A model generated the notes under the pieces. It searched no databases. It was not told the origin of the DNA and worked only from the letters and a program-made list of their open reading frames with translations. A DNA stretch of 64,000 nt. Source: an uncultured SAR86 cluster bacterium. GTDB taxonomy: Bacteria; Pseudomonadota; Gammaproteobacteria; Magnimaribacterales; TMED112. This document shows positions 18,643 through 28,688 of this stretch, one piece after another. The DNA lies in the NCBI GenBank assembly GCA_902619265.1, contig CACNDL010000002.1, positions 8,505-72,504 on the forward strand. The letters are read 5' to 3'. Made by a program: the position numbers and the translations under genes. Each line of letters starts with the position of its first letter. Position 1 is the stretch's first letter.

Positions 18643-19573
18643 TTTTTTACTTTTATTCTTTTCATCTGTTTTATTTTCTGAATCCAAAGATATTTCCATA
18701 GTTATCCATGGAGGAGCTGGTTGGTTTTCTTCAATGTCAGAAGAAGAAATATCAGGAATTGAAAGCGCATTAAACAAAGCAGCAGATTTGGGATATAAGG
18801 TAATGCTCGAAGGTGGAACGAGTTTAGATGCTGTCGAACAAGCTATAATTATCTTGGAAAATAATCCTTTATTTAATGCAGGTAAAGGGTCTGTTTATAC
18901 ATCAGAATTAAAACAAGAAATGGATGCATCCATAATGGATGGATCAAACCTTGATGCTGGTGCAGTAGCTTCAGTTACAAACGTAAAAAACCCTATAACC
19001 TTAGCTAGGCATGTTATGGAAAATACTGAACATGTAATGTTTTCAAGTACAGGAGCAGAAAAAGTAGCAAAAGAAGCAGGTCTTGAAATTGTTAGCCCTA
19101 GTTATTTTTATTCTGAAGAAAAGCTGCAAAGAGCAAAGAAACAAATTAAGGCTGATGCAAAAATGGGAACTGTAGGAGTAGTAGCACTGGATGCTTTTGG
19201 GAATATTGCAGCAGGCACCTCGACTGGAGGAATGACAAATAAAAAGCCGGGCAGAATTGGAGATTCACCAATTATAGGTGCAGGTACGTGGGCAGAAAAT
19301 GGAGTATGTGGAGTATCTGGAACAGGACATGGAGAATATTTTATTCGTTTAAATGTTGCTAAAGAGATTTGTACATTAATGAAATATCAAAATCATGAGG
19401 TAAAAAAAGCTGCTCAAATAGTTATTGACCGTCTTGGGGGTATGGATGTCGATGGTGGTGTTATTGTATTAGATAATAAGGGAGAACCAGCAATGATATT
19501 TAATACTCCTGCAATGGCACGGGCTTACAAAAATTCACCTGATTATACTTTTGTAAGAATATATAAAGATTAG
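18611..19573 (+). CDS. iaaA: isoaspartyl peptidase / L-asparaginase (Ntn hydrolase)
   Basis: Signal peptide; IVIHGGAG, NAGKGS, autoprocessing site GTVGVVALD, GTSTGGMTNK. First ATG is at 18611 (the ORF track uses TTG 18605). Overlaps the 3' end of the GH16 gene. Confidence 0.85.
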   Translation: MLPIIKKTLTNFLLLFFSSVLFSESKDISIVIHGGAGWFSSMSEEEISGIESALNKAADLGYKVMLEGGTSLDAVEQAIIILENNPLFNAGKGSVYTSELKQEMDASIMDGSNLDAGAVASVTNVKNPITLARHVMENTEHVMFSSTGAEKVAKEAGLEIVSPSYFYSEEKLQRAKKQIKADAKMGTVGVVALDAFGNIAAGTSTGGMTNKKPGRIGDSPIIGAGTWAENGVCGVSGTGHGEYFIRLNVAKEICTLMKYQNHEVKKAAQIVIDRLGGMDVDGGVIVLDNKGEPAMIFNTPAMARAYKNSPDYTFVRIYKD

Positions 19574-19812
19574 TGAAAACATTTATTGAGAATCATTTAT
19601 TAAATTTAGATTTGCATGGCGTAAGACATGCTGATGTTAAGGATATCGTTGAAGATTTTGTTTTAACAAATCAAGATGAAATTCCATTAATTATCATATG
19701 CGGTAACTCAGCAAAAATGATAGAAATAGTTTCTTCAACTTTAAAAAGTATAGATGTTAATTTTGAGGAAACCCGTTACGGTAGAATTAGAGTAAATTCT
19801 CTTTATGCGTAA
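19573..19812 (+). CDS. small Smr-domain protein
   Basis: 79 aa with LDLHGVRHADV...IIICGNS (Smr LDLHG / xHGxG pattern). GTG start overlapping the iaaA stop. Confidence 0.55.
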   Translation: MKTFIENHLLNLDLHGVRHADVKDIVEDFVLTNQDEIPLIIICGNSAKMIEIVSSTLKSIDVNFEETRYGRIRVNSLYA

Positions 19813-20908
19813 ATTAAAAATTATTCAAATTTTACCAACTCTTAACACAGGTGGGGTTGAAAGAGGGGTTTTAGATTTTAACAAATACCTTGTAAATAAA
19901 GGTCATGACTCTTACGTCATCTCAAATGGGGGAAGGCAGGTTAAAAATTTAATAGAAGATGGCGGCAACCACATTCATTTACAGGTATCTAAAAAAAGTA
20001 TTTTTACCTTACTTCAAGCAAAGAAATTAGCAGATATTATTAATGAAATATCTCCAGATATTGTTCATATTCGATCAAGAATACCAGCGTGGGTTTTACA
20101 AACTTCAAAAATATTTCTTAAAAACCCAAGACCCATTATATTTTCAACATTTCATGGTTTATATAGCACACCCTTTTATAGTCGAATAATGGCAAGTTTT
20201 GATAGGGTAATAGCGATATCTAAAACTGTTGAAAAGTACGTCAATGAGAATTATGAACGTCACTTAAAAAGACCACCCAGACTAATCTACCGTGGTTCTG
20301 ACGAAGAGTATTTTTCACAAAAATTTGTGCCCTCAAATACTTACCTTGAAGACTTCTTCACAAAATTTCCCAGCCTAAGAGATAAAAAAATTATTTCTTT
20401 TCCAGGAAGACTTTCATCTTGGAAGGGGCAAGAATCATTTATTAAGTTAATCTCAGATTTGCCTCAAGAATTTAGTGGTTTAATTGTGGGGCCACATGAA
20501 TCTGCAAAGCCTAAATACCTAAAAAATTTAAAAAAACTTATAGAAGATTACAGATTACAGAACAGAATTTATTTTCATAACGCAAAAGATGACATAAGAG
20601 AAATATATTTTTTATCAGAAGTAGTCTTAAATCTATCATCTAAGCCAGAACCATTTGGAAGAACAGTTCTTGAAGCAGCCATGATGGGAAAAAAAATTGC
20701 TGGCTGGGATAGGGGAGGTCCTGGAGAAGTTTTAGAGATGTGTTTTCCTCAAGGTAAAGTCGAATTTAATAACTTTAATTCTCTTGTCGATACTGTCAAA
20801 ACTTTATCTGAGAAAGACGATATTCCAAGTAATATTTTTTTAACCTCAGATTTGATGCACTCAAAGACAATCGATTTTTATTTAGATGCCATTGATAAGA
20901 ATTCTTGA
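19805..20908 (+). CDS. GT4-family glycosyltransferase (LPS-core type)
   Basis: N-terminus ILPTLNTGGVERGV; C-terminal EPFGRTVLEAAMMGK (the E(x7)E region of GT-B/GT4 enzymes). Confidence 0.75.
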   Translation: MRKLKIIQILPTLNTGGVERGVLDFNKYLVNKGHDSYVISNGGRQVKNLIEDGGNHIHLQVSKKSIFTLLQAKKLADIINEISPDIVHIRSRIPAWVLQTSKIFLKNPRPIIFSTFHGLYSTPFYSRIMASFDRVIAISKTVEKYVNENYERHLKRPPRLIYRGSDEEYFSQKFVPSNTYLEDFFTKFPSLRDKKIISFPGRLSSWKGQESFIKLISDLPQEFSGLIVGPHESAKPKYLKNLKKLIEDYRLQNRIYFHNAKDDIREIYFLSEVVLNLSSKPEPFGRTVLEAAMMGKKIAGWDRGGPGEVLEMCFPQGKVEFNNFNSLVDTVKTLSEKDDIPSNIFLTSDLMHSKTIDFYLDAIDKNS

Positions 20909-21846
20909 TACTTCTCGATTACTTTTTGAGTTTGGATTGAAAGCAGGTTGTTACTCACAATATTGTCAAAACAATCATTTTGAATTGAGGGTAATTCATC
21001 TACTCTGTCCATCCACTTTTTTATTAAAAGCTTAAATGATTCATCATTGGCATCTGCAACACATTCTTTTGGTAAAACATCACCGATATTTCCACAATTT
21101 GTAGATAGAACAGGAACTTTGCAATATAAAGATTCGTATAAGACTTTTGGAGATCCTTCTCTATCAGATGAAATTATCAATGCTTGCGCCTTACTAAGCA
21201 CTGAGCCAATATCTTCGGTTTCTGATTGAATTTTGATACAGTCGCTTAATCCTAGTTCTCCTATTAAAGTTATTAGATTATTTTCCAATTGACCACTCCC
21301 AACCATTAGTAATTTTCCATACTTAGAATTCCAAGCTCTAATAAGTCTTTCAGGGTTCTTCACTGGTTCAAACCTTCCTAAATATAAAAAATATTCAGGG
21401 GATTTTTTTTTAAAATTGCAAAATCTACTTTCATCAACCCAATTCTCTAAAACCATAGATTTTTGTTTTGGTATTTTTTCTAGAGATTTTTTACTCGCCC
21501 CAAAAATAAATTGTGACTTTTTAAAAGCCGCCACGTTTTTCTTTGTTCCATGAATGGTCGAAAAATGTGAATCAGTTTTAATAATATTTGTCATTTTTTG
21601 ACCATGGGTATGAACTACATCAGGATTAATTCTTGCCATTGCATCGCGTAATTCAAGCCAAAGTAGTGGTGAATAGCGCCATTGATTGGTATTAATTGTT
21701 GTGTAGTTAGCCCTAAATTTATCTTTGAATCTTTCTGGACCAATGACCACAACCTGGTGACTCTTGGATTGTTCATATGATAGCTCCTCAACATGTCTTT
21801 CAAGACCGGCAAAGACTTTACTAGAGAATAAGTGAAGTATTTTCAT
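20878..21846 (-). CDS. GT4-family glycosyltransferase
   Basis: MKILHLFSSKVFAGLERHV..., ..SSDREGSPKVLYESLYCKVPV (GT4 C-terminal motif). Confidence 0.7.
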   Translation of the reverse strand: MKILHLFSSKVFAGLERHVEELSYEQSKSHQVVVIGPERFKDKFRANYTTINTNQWRYSPLLWLELRDAMARINPDVVHTHGQKMTNIIKTDSHFSTIHGTKKNVAAFKKSQFIFGASKKSLEKIPKQKSMVLENWVDESRFCNFKKKSPEYFLYLGRFEPVKNPERLIRAWNSKYGKLLMVGSGQLENNLITLIGELGLSDCIKIQSETEDIGSVLSKAQALIISSDREGSPKVLYESLYCKVPVLSTNCGNIGDVLPKECVADANDESFKLLIKKWMDRVDELPSIQNDCFDNIVSNNLLSIQTQKVIEKYQEFLSMASK

Positions 21847-22760
21847 AAAATTTCTAATAGTTTTTGAACCACTTCTTTTGTCTCAGATAAAGGTTCATTA
21901 ATCTTTGGATGAACCAAATCCGCGGATTTAATTGATCTAGATAAAAGGTATCTCTTTGAATCGACGTAACCTATTTGACCTGAATCTTTTAACTTATCGA
22001 TATTTTTCGTAACTTTTGTATTTCTTTTGCCGTGTTCACCATCAGTGTGATGTTCGTGATGAAAAACATAAACTTTTGTATTTGTTGATAAACCCTCATA
22101 AAGTACTGATACACTCTCAGGTGTTAAAAAAGTAATCTCGCTCTGTTTTATTTCTTCAGATAACCAATTCTCAGGCGTATCTTTCCAACTAAAAAAACTT
22201 GCATTCCCAGAGTGTGCTGGAATATCTAAATTAGGAGATCTTGGTGATGTAGTTATTTTCCATTGATAATCTTTATAAAGATCATTTACGAGCCATTCAA
22301 TTTGTTGCTTAACAACATTTTTACGGAAATGATAGTGTCGACTTTTTCCTCCAATTATTATCAGGCCTGTTTTGGGTTTAGTTTCCAAATCAGAGTATTT
22401 TGATAAAACACCTTTAGTGGTTATGACATTTTTTGGCTTTCCTAAATAATATGTATCCATGTCAGGAACAATGGCAATATCAAACCATTGTGTTGGTCGT
22501 AATGAGGGTTTCATCAATACAATAGTCTTAGCTTTTGGATGTTCTTTTTTTGCTGTGAGCATATGTTTATGGGTATTATTTCCAGCACCAATAATTATGT
22601 CTGGTACAGAATTATGATTTTCCCAAGAAGTGAATTGATGAAGGTCAATTTTTTTGAATAGGCTAATTTCTGAAATAAGGGCTTCTACTTGCTTTTCATG
22701 GCCTTTTTTTCCATCTTTGAAGGCCCAAATAGTAATTTCTTCTTTTTGTTTTATAGACAT
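21843..22760 (-). CDS. ELM1/DUF1022-family protein (GT-B-like, often found in LPS clusters)
   Basis: N-terminal IWAFKDGKKGHEKQVEALI matches my memory of the ELM1-family signature. About 305 aa. ATGA overlap with the downstream GT4 gene. Confidence 0.5.
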   Translation of the reverse strand: MSIKQKEEITIWAFKDGKKGHEKQVEALISEISLFKKIDLHQFTSWENHNSVPDIIIGAGNNTHKHMLTAKKEHPKAKTIVLMKPSLRPTQWFDIAIVPDMDTYYLGKPKNVITTKGVLSKYSDLETKPKTGLIIIGGKSRHYHFRKNVVKQQIEWLVNDLYKDYQWKITTSPRSPNLDIPAHSGNASFFSWKDTPENWLSEEIKQSEITFLTPESVSVLYEGLSTNTKVYVFHHEHHTDGEHGKRNTKVTKNIDKLKDSGQIGYVDSKRYLLSRSIKSADLVHPKINEPLSETKEVVQKLLEIL

Positions 22761-22778
22761 AGATTAAAATAATGCTAC

Positions 22779-23552
22779 ATGACTAATAATAATCAATACA
22801 AATCTATTTTTCTTTCAGACATTCATCTTGGATTCAATGGTTGTCAAAATGAAAAGCTAGAATCATTTCTATCATCAGTAAAATGTGAAAGCTTATATCT
22901 TGTAGGCGATATTATTGATTTTTGGTCGATGGCTGACAATTTTTACTGGCCTGAAGAACATCAAAGGGTTCTAAATATTTTTGAGGCTAAGCATAAAGAA
23001 GGCACTAATGTGTTTTATATATCAGGTAATCATGATGACCCATTAAGAGATAAGAATCTCATTAAGAAACTTAAATCAAAGGACAACACGCATAAAAAAA
23101 TAATTGAGTCACTGGATAAATTTGAACACAAAGAAAAACATGATTTTGTATCTAAAAAATACGGAAAATTTTTAATTTTGCATGGGGATCAATATGATGT
23201 CGTCACTTCAAACGCAAAATGGTTATCAAAATTTGGAGGACTGCTTTACGACGGCTTGATTTACATTAACCGACCATTATCGAAATACTTAAAAAACTTA
23301 ACCAAAAAAATTGTTTCAGGTGCAAGTGGCTTTCAAAAACTTGTTAAAAAAGAATGCGAGGAAGGTGATTATGATGGTCTGATGTGCGGTCATAACCATA
23401 GACCAGAGATCTTGAAATTTAAAACACACATTTATATGAATACTGGCGATTGGGTAGAATCATGTTCTGCTATAGTTGAAGAGATGGATGGAACTATAAA
23501 ATTAATTAAAATTGATAAGAATTTTAAGGTGAATACAGTAGCAAAGTTATGA
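22779..23552 (+). CDS. LpxH-superfamily metallophosphoesterase, PlcP-like phospholipase C candidate
   Basis: IFLSDIHLG, VGDIIDFW, ISGNHDD, LHGDQYD, CGHNHRP, NTGDWVES. Has GNHD rather than the GNRDF I recall for true LpxH. ATGA-coupled to a GT4 gene. Confidence 0.6.
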   Translation: MTNNNQYKSIFLSDIHLGFNGCQNEKLESFLSSVKCESLYLVGDIIDFWSMADNFYWPEEHQRVLNIFEAKHKEGTNVFYISGNHDDPLRDKNLIKKLKSKDNTHKKIIESLDKFEHKEKHDFVSKKYGKFLILHGDQYDVVTSNAKWLSKFGGLLYDGLIYINRPLSKYLKNLTKKIVSGASGFQKLVKKECEEGDYDGLMCGHNHRPEILKFKTHIYMNTGDWVESCSAIVEEMDGTIKLIKIDKNFKVNTVAKL

Positions 23553-24541
23553 AAAAAATCTTAATTATTACAGATGCATGGGAACCTCAAGTCAATGGCG
23601 TTGTAACAACCATGACAACGGTTGTGCAGAAATTGAGAGAGAAAAATTTTGCGGTTGATGTTATCCATCCTGGTGTGTTTCATACCTTCCCATTGCCAAA
23701 CTACCCTGAAATCTCGGTAGCTTGGAATTTTTGGGATTTAAAAAAGAAAATCGAAAAATCCAATGCAGATTTTATGCATATTTCAGTTGAGGGCCCCTTG
23801 GGTGTAACGGGCAGACATTATTGTTTAGAGCATGAAATACCATACACTACCTGTATACATACAAAGTTTCCTGAATATGTCTATGAGAGGTTTGGTATAG
23901 GTTTAGACGTGACGAAAGGGCTACTAAAATGGTTTCATAATTCCGCGGCAAAAACCCTTGTTAACACCGAGAGTCATAAAGCAGAACTTGAGGACGATGG
24001 TTTTACAGATTTAGTCCTTTGGTCGCGTGGTTTCGATGAAAAAATATTTTATCCATGCCCTGAGGGCGGAAAACAGAAATATTTGTTGTATGTTGGAAGG
24101 GTTGCAGTTGAAAAAAATATTGAAGAATTTTTAAAAATGCCTTCCGAACTACCAAAAGTAGTTGTTGGAGGTGGGCCAAGTCTGAAGTCCTATGCAAGAA
24201 AGTACCCAGATGTTGATTTTGTTGGATTTAAAAAAGGTAAAGAATTGGCTGATTATTATAGAGATGCTGCTTGTTTTGTCTTTCCATCTTTAACTGATAC
24301 TTTTGGAATAGTATTAATTGAAGCATTGGCATGTGGCACACCTATAGCAGGATTCAATGTTACTGGCCCAAAAGATATTGTAATTGAGGGTGTGAATGGC
24401 TCATTAGATGATAAAAATTTAAAAGATGCAGTTAATCGAGCATTACAAGTTGATAGAGCAACTACTTTTGATTCCTCAAAAACTTATACTTGGGATACTG
24501 TGGCTGAGCAGTTTATAAACTCTTTAGTTCCAATGAAATAA
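23549..24541 (+). CDS. GT4 glycosyltransferase, Agt-like (glycosyl/glucuronosyl-diacylglycerol synthase candidate)
   Basis: ILIITDAWEPQVNGVVTT..NYPEI..HISVEGPLG..HTKFPEY..; C-terminal PSLTDTFGIVLIEALACGTP. Confidence 0.6.
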   Translation: MKKILIITDAWEPQVNGVVTTMTTVVQKLREKNFAVDVIHPGVFHTFPLPNYPEISVAWNFWDLKKKIEKSNADFMHISVEGPLGVTGRHYCLEHEIPYTTCIHTKFPEYVYERFGIGLDVTKGLLKWFHNSAAKTLVNTESHKAELEDDGFTDLVLWSRGFDEKIFYPCPEGGKQKYLLYVGRVAVEKNIEEFLKMPSELPKVVVGGGPSLKSYARKYPDVDFVGFKKGKELADYYRDAACFVFPSLTDTFGIVLIEALACGTPIAGFNVTGPKDIVIEGVNGSLDDKNLKDAVNRALQVDRATTFDSSKTYTWDTVAEQFINSLVPMK

Positions 24542-25338
24542 TGTTTGTTTTTTTACCCATCTCAGACGAGAATCCAACGCCTAGCAAACCTTATTTAACT
24601 TGGTCTTTAATTGCTATAAATTTCCTCGTATTTTTCTATCAATTATCACTGACTGGTACAGCTAACCAGATGTTAGTGAATGAATTCGGAGTCAAACCTA
24701 GTGTATTTTTTGAAATGCAAAACTTCCACACAATTTTAACTTCTGCATTTTTACATGCGGGTTGGATGCATTTACTTTCAAATATGCTTTTTTTATACAT
24801 TTACGGAGACAATATTGAATCTTATTTGGGTCGAACTAACTTTTTAATCTTTTATATTCTTGGAGGGGTATCTGCTGCATTCTTACAAGCTTTCTTTTCT
24901 GGTGGAGTAGATGTACCAATGATTGGAGCTAGTGGTTGTATAGCTGGAATCATGGGAGCGTATTATGTTCTTTATCCTAAGGCTAAGATAAATGTTTTTT
25001 TATGGTTTTTTATATTTATTCAATTCATAAAAGTTCCAGCCAATATCGTTCTACTAATGTGGATTATTGGGCAATTTATTTCGGCAGCTGGTGGTTCATA
25101 TACAGGTGTAGCTTATTTTGCTCACATAGGTGGATTCATATTTGGCTACCTAGCAATAAAATATTTTTTTAAAGAATATATTCAAGGTGTAGAAGTTGTT
25201 TCGAATTATGAGGAAGTAAATGAAAACGATATACCTATTTCAAGAAAAAATAAGTCTCAAGGACTTAGCAGAATGGATGAATTTAAACAAAGATTAAGAG
25301 AACAAGAGAAGTCAAAAAGGGATAATTGGAATGATTGA
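24541..25338 (+). CDS. rhomboid-family intramembrane serine protease
   Basis: Six or more TM helices; HAGWMHLLSNM, catalytic GASGCIAGIMGAY and FAHIGGFIFG. Confidence 0.85.
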   Translation: MFVFLPISDENPTPSKPYLTWSLIAINFLVFFYQLSLTGTANQMLVNEFGVKPSVFFEMQNFHTILTSAFLHAGWMHLLSNMLFLYIYGDNIESYLGRTNFLIFYILGGVSAAFLQAFFSGGVDVPMIGASGCIAGIMGAYYVLYPKAKINVFLWFFIFIQFIKVPANIVLLMWIIGQFISAAGGSYTGVAYFAHIGGFIFGYLAIKYFFKEYIQGVEVVSNYEEVNENDIPISRKNKSQGLSRMDEFKQRLREQEKSKRDNWND

Positions 25339-25627
25339 TAATATTAAAAAAAATCTTACTAAAAATATTTCTTGTAACCATTTGGAAATAATTGATGAAA
25401 GCCCTAATCACGGAGGCTATAGTGGAGCTATTTCACACGTAAAGATAATTGTAGTATCAGATGATTTTGAGGGCCTTAGTCTGATTAAAAGACATCAACT
25501 TGTTTATAAAGCATTAGAAAATTTTGTGAAGGAAATTCATGCTATTTCGATAGTTTCAAAAACAGTATCCCAGTGGAAAGAGTCATCTGACTATATTCCC
25601 TCACCAGATTGTGCAAAAAACAAATGA
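25331..25627 (+). CDS. BolA-family protein
   Basis: 98 aa; ..LEIIDESPNHGG...SHVKIIVVSDDFEG.S.IKRHQLVYKAL matches the BolA fold signature. Confidence 0.8.
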   Translation: MIDNIKKNLTKNISCNHLEIIDESPNHGGYSGAISHVKIIVVSDDFEGLSLIKRHQLVYKALENFVKEIHAISIVSKTVSQWKESSDYIPSPDCAKNK

Positions 25628-27882
25628 AATTTTTTTTTCAATCAATAATTGCAAATAAAAATCTTGCCCTCTTTGTCTTAGTAACTCTGAGCGTTATTCT
25701 TTTTTCTTGGATAGATAAATTTCGATTTGATGCCTCATCTGAAACACTGGTTCTTGAAGATGATCTAAGTTATGAATTGTATGAGGAAATGAATGATCGG
25801 TTTTCTTCTTCAGAGTTTCTTGTTGTTGCCCTGATAGATCAAGATATATTTTCAAATCAGGGTCTTATTAATCTTAGAAAGCTTGAAGCCAAGCTTGAAG
25901 ACGTCATTAATGTATCTAACGTCATATCTATACTTGATGCACCATTATTTGAGCAGCCAAAACTCTCTCTAGTTAAATCTGCTACCAATGATAAATATCT
26001 TTTAGTTGACGATCTAAATTTAATTAGTGCAAAACAAGAACTAATCGAAAGTCCTTTATTTAATCAATTGATAATTAATAATCTTGGTACAGCAGTTGCT
26101 ATGCAAATAAATTTAGATGATGCAGAAGACTACGACATCACCGTCAAACAAATAAGAGATATTCTCAAAGAGGATAAAAATTTTGAAAGTTATCTTGCAG
26201 GACCAGCGATGATTGTATCGGACACTATTGCTTATATAAAAAATGACGTTTTAACTTTTGGTTTCCTTACTTTTGTGATGTTTTTCGTTCTACTTATAGT
26301 TTTCTTTCGAGATTTTTGGTCTGCATTTGTAATTATGTCTAATGCCTCTTTAGTTATATACATAACGATTTGCTTATTGGGTTATTTTGACTGGCCCATA
26401 AGTATTGTTTCATCAAATTTTCTAACCTTATTGTTCATTTCATCGGTGGCTGTTTCAGTGCACATGATAGTCAAACTCAAAGAAGGAAAAACTAAAAAAT
26501 TTTCTTACGAGGAATCCCTCGCGAAAATTTTTATTCCTTGTCTCTACACAGCATTAACTACTATGGTTGGTTTTCTGTCATTGATATTAAGCAATATTCA
26601 ACCAGTAATAGATTTTGGAAAAATGATGGCAGTGGGCGTTATCATTAATTTACTGATTTCTTTTGTATTTATTCCAGCTCTTATCGGTCTTCGAGGTATA
26701 GCTGAATCAGCAGAATTCTCACTATCAAAAATTTATTACAAATACCTATATATAAATACAAAAAATTTATTTAAAAATTTTGGAGTACCACTTATTTTTT
26801 TGTTTTTGCCAATCTTTATATACCTATCTTCTGGACTGAAAGTTGAAAATAAATTTATTGATTACTTCGATGAGTCTACTGAGATCCATCAAGGTATGAA
26901 ATTTATAGACGAAGAATTAGGCGGCACTACCCCAATAGATATAGTTTTTACACTTCCTGAAGAAGAAATATTTATCGATGAAGATGATTTATTTTTTAGT
27001 GAGGGTTCTGAAACCAGCCAATATTGGTGGCGCCAAAAGAATATGAGGTTATTGAAAAGTATCCAATCTGGTTTGAATCAGTTTCCTGAACTAGGCAAAG
27101 ATTTGAGTATCGTTAATGGTGTTCTCTTAGCGGAAAAGCTTAATGATTTTAATGAAATGGGGGATTTAGAACTAGCATTTGTGAAGAATTCACTTCTTAC
27201 TAACGATAAAGCTAAAGATGTTCTGAATAGTTACATATCCCCAGATGATAGAAGTGCCAGGATTACTTTTAGAATTATAGATAGTTATAAAGACATAAAC
27301 AGAAATGATCTATTAATGAAAATTGATAGTTATTTAGCTAGTAAATTAAAAGACACTAATGTCGAGTACCAATTAAGTGGACTTGGTGTTCTTTATAATA
27401 ATTTGCTTCAAAGTCTTTTTGGATCCCAAATTACGTCTTTAACATTTGTATTTGGTGCAATTTTCGTAATGTTATTAATTTTATTTAGATCACTGCTTAC
27501 ATCTTTGATAGTAATTTTTGTGCCTTTAGTCGCAGTTGGATTTGTATTTTCTTTTATGAGTCTCTTCTCTATTCCCTTAGATATTATGACTATAACTATT
27601 GCTTCAATTTCAGTTGGTATGTCAGTTGACTATGCAATTCATATTGCATGGCGCTTTCGTGAAGAGCAAAAGATTTCACGAAGCAGTGCAGAAATAAATA
27701 CAATTAATTCTTCCGGTCAAGCTGTACTGATTACGGCCATGACAGTAATTGTTGGGTTCTTGGTATTCATTTTTTCTAATTTTAATCCAACTGTATTATT
27801 TGGACTGTTATCAGCTGTTGCAATTTTCGTTAGTGCTGCACTTGCACTTAGATTAATTCCAATTTTCTTAGAGTCTAAATAG
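25624..27882 (+). CDS. MMPL/COG1033-type RND-superfamily exporter (HpnN-like, sterol-sensing-domain type)
   Basis: Twofold 1+5 TM topology with two large periplasmic loops. N-terminus ..IDKFRFDASSETLV and the repeated GxxxD..VDYAIH region. I prefer ATG 25624 (ATGA overlap with the bolA stop) to the ORF-track start at 25609. Confidence 0.75.
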   Translation: MKFFFQSIIANKNLALFVLVTLSVILFSWIDKFRFDASSETLVLEDDLSYELYEEMNDRFSSSEFLVVALIDQDIFSNQGLINLRKLEAKLEDVINVSNVISILDAPLFEQPKLSLVKSATNDKYLLVDDLNLISAKQELIESPLFNQLIINNLGTAVAMQINLDDAEDYDITVKQIRDILKEDKNFESYLAGPAMIVSDTIAYIKNDVLTFGFLTFVMFFVLLIVFFRDFWSAFVIMSNASLVIYITICLLGYFDWPISIVSSNFLTLLFISSVAVSVHMIVKLKEGKTKKFSYEESLAKIFIPCLYTALTTMVGFLSLILSNIQPVIDFGKMMAVGVIINLLISFVFIPALIGLRGIAESAEFSLSKIYYKYLYINTKNLFKNFGVPLIFLFLPIFIYLSSGLKVENKFIDYFDESTEIHQGMKFIDEELGGTTPIDIVFTLPEEEIFIDEDDLFFSEGSETSQYWWRQKNMRLLKSIQSGLNQFPELGKDLSIVNGVLLAEKLNDFNEMGDLELAFVKNSLLTNDKAKDVLNSYISPDDRSARITFRIIDSYKDINRNDLLMKIDSYLASKLKDTNVEYQLSGLGVLYNNLLQSLFGSQITSLTFVFGAIFVMLLILFRSLLTSLIVIFVPLVAVGFVFSFMSLFSIPLDIMTITIASISVGMSVDYAIHIAWRFREEQKISRSSAEINTINSSGQAVLITAMTVIVGFLVFIFSNFNPTVLFGLLSAVAIFVSAALALRLIPIFLESK

Positions 27883-28659
27883 TTTTTTAAAATTACTTGT
27901 TGTTTGTTCTGCAACTATCTTGCTATCTTCTTTAATTAGATGAGAAACCACAGATAAAATATGTGCTAGATACATAGGTTCATTTCTGTGATTTTTTGGT
28001 TTGGATTCTATATCTTTTGGAACCAAATATGGAGCATCAGTTTCAAGTAACATTCTATCAAGAGGAATATATTTAATAATTTCTCTTAATTCCTGACCTC
28101 GTTTTGGATCACATATCCATCCAGTTATACCAATAAATAAACCGAGGTCTAAAAATTTTTTTAGTTCATTCTTATTGCCTGTAAAACAATGCACAATACT
28201 TTGAGGCACCTCACCAATAGCACTTTTAACGATGGGGTAAAAATCATTAAAAGCTTCTCTATGATGTAAAAACAAAGGATAATTTTCTTGAATTGCTAGC
28301 TCAACAAAAGTTTCAAAACACTTTATTTGAATCTGTGGGCTTTGAAAGTTTCTAAAATAGTCTAGACCTACTTCTCCAATTGATCTTACATACTTACTGT
28401 CCAAATGTGGTTTTAGATTAGCAATAGTGTCTGGTTTAAGTTCAGAAGCATGATGAGGGTGTATACCAATAGAGCAATAAACTTTATCCTCATAGACTTT
28501 GCAGTAATGCAATAAATTCTCAATTTCAGATTCTTTTGATGCTGGTGCAAAAAAATATTTTATTTTATGGTTTTCTGCCCTTTGAATAGTTTCATCTAAA
28601 TCATTCATGAAACTGTCATGTATAATATTGAAACAAGAATCTGCTAGTAACATTTGCAT
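27868..28659 (-). CDS. tatD: TatD-family metal-dependent hydrolase/DNase
   Basis: ..IGIHPHHA, IGEVGLDY, LHHREA, VHCFTG, LLETDAPYL. Confidence 0.85.
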   Translation of the reverse strand: MQMLLADSCFNIIHDSFMNDLDETIQRAENHKIKYFFAPASKESEIENLLHYCKVYEDKVYCSIGIHPHHASELKPDTIANLKPHLDSKYVRSIGEVGLDYFRNFQSPQIQIKCFETFVELAIQENYPLFLHHREAFNDFYPIVKSAIGEVPQSIVHCFTGNKNELKKFLDLGLFIGITGWICDPKRGQELREIIKYIPLDRMLLETDAPYLVPKDIESKPKNHRNEPMYLAHILSVVSHLIKEDSKIVAEQTTSNFKKLFRL

Positions 28660-28688
28660 ATAATTTGATAAACTCTAATCTAGTCTAA

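Noticed and set aside
22700-22778. Looked for a Pho box (CTGTCAT-type direct repeats) upstream of the plcP-like gene to support P-starvation control.
   Set aside because: The divergent spacer is only 18 nt, and I saw no TGTCA repeats in the adjacent sequence. The site is absent or diverged, so no claim is made.
22779-23552. Annotating the metallophosphoesterase as lipid A enzyme LpxH, given the neighbouring LPS-type glycosyltransferases.
   Set aside because: It has GNHD instead of the GNRDF I recall for LpxH and is ATGA-coupled to an Agt-type GT4, which favours a PlcP-like assignment. LpxH cannot be excluded without phylogeny.
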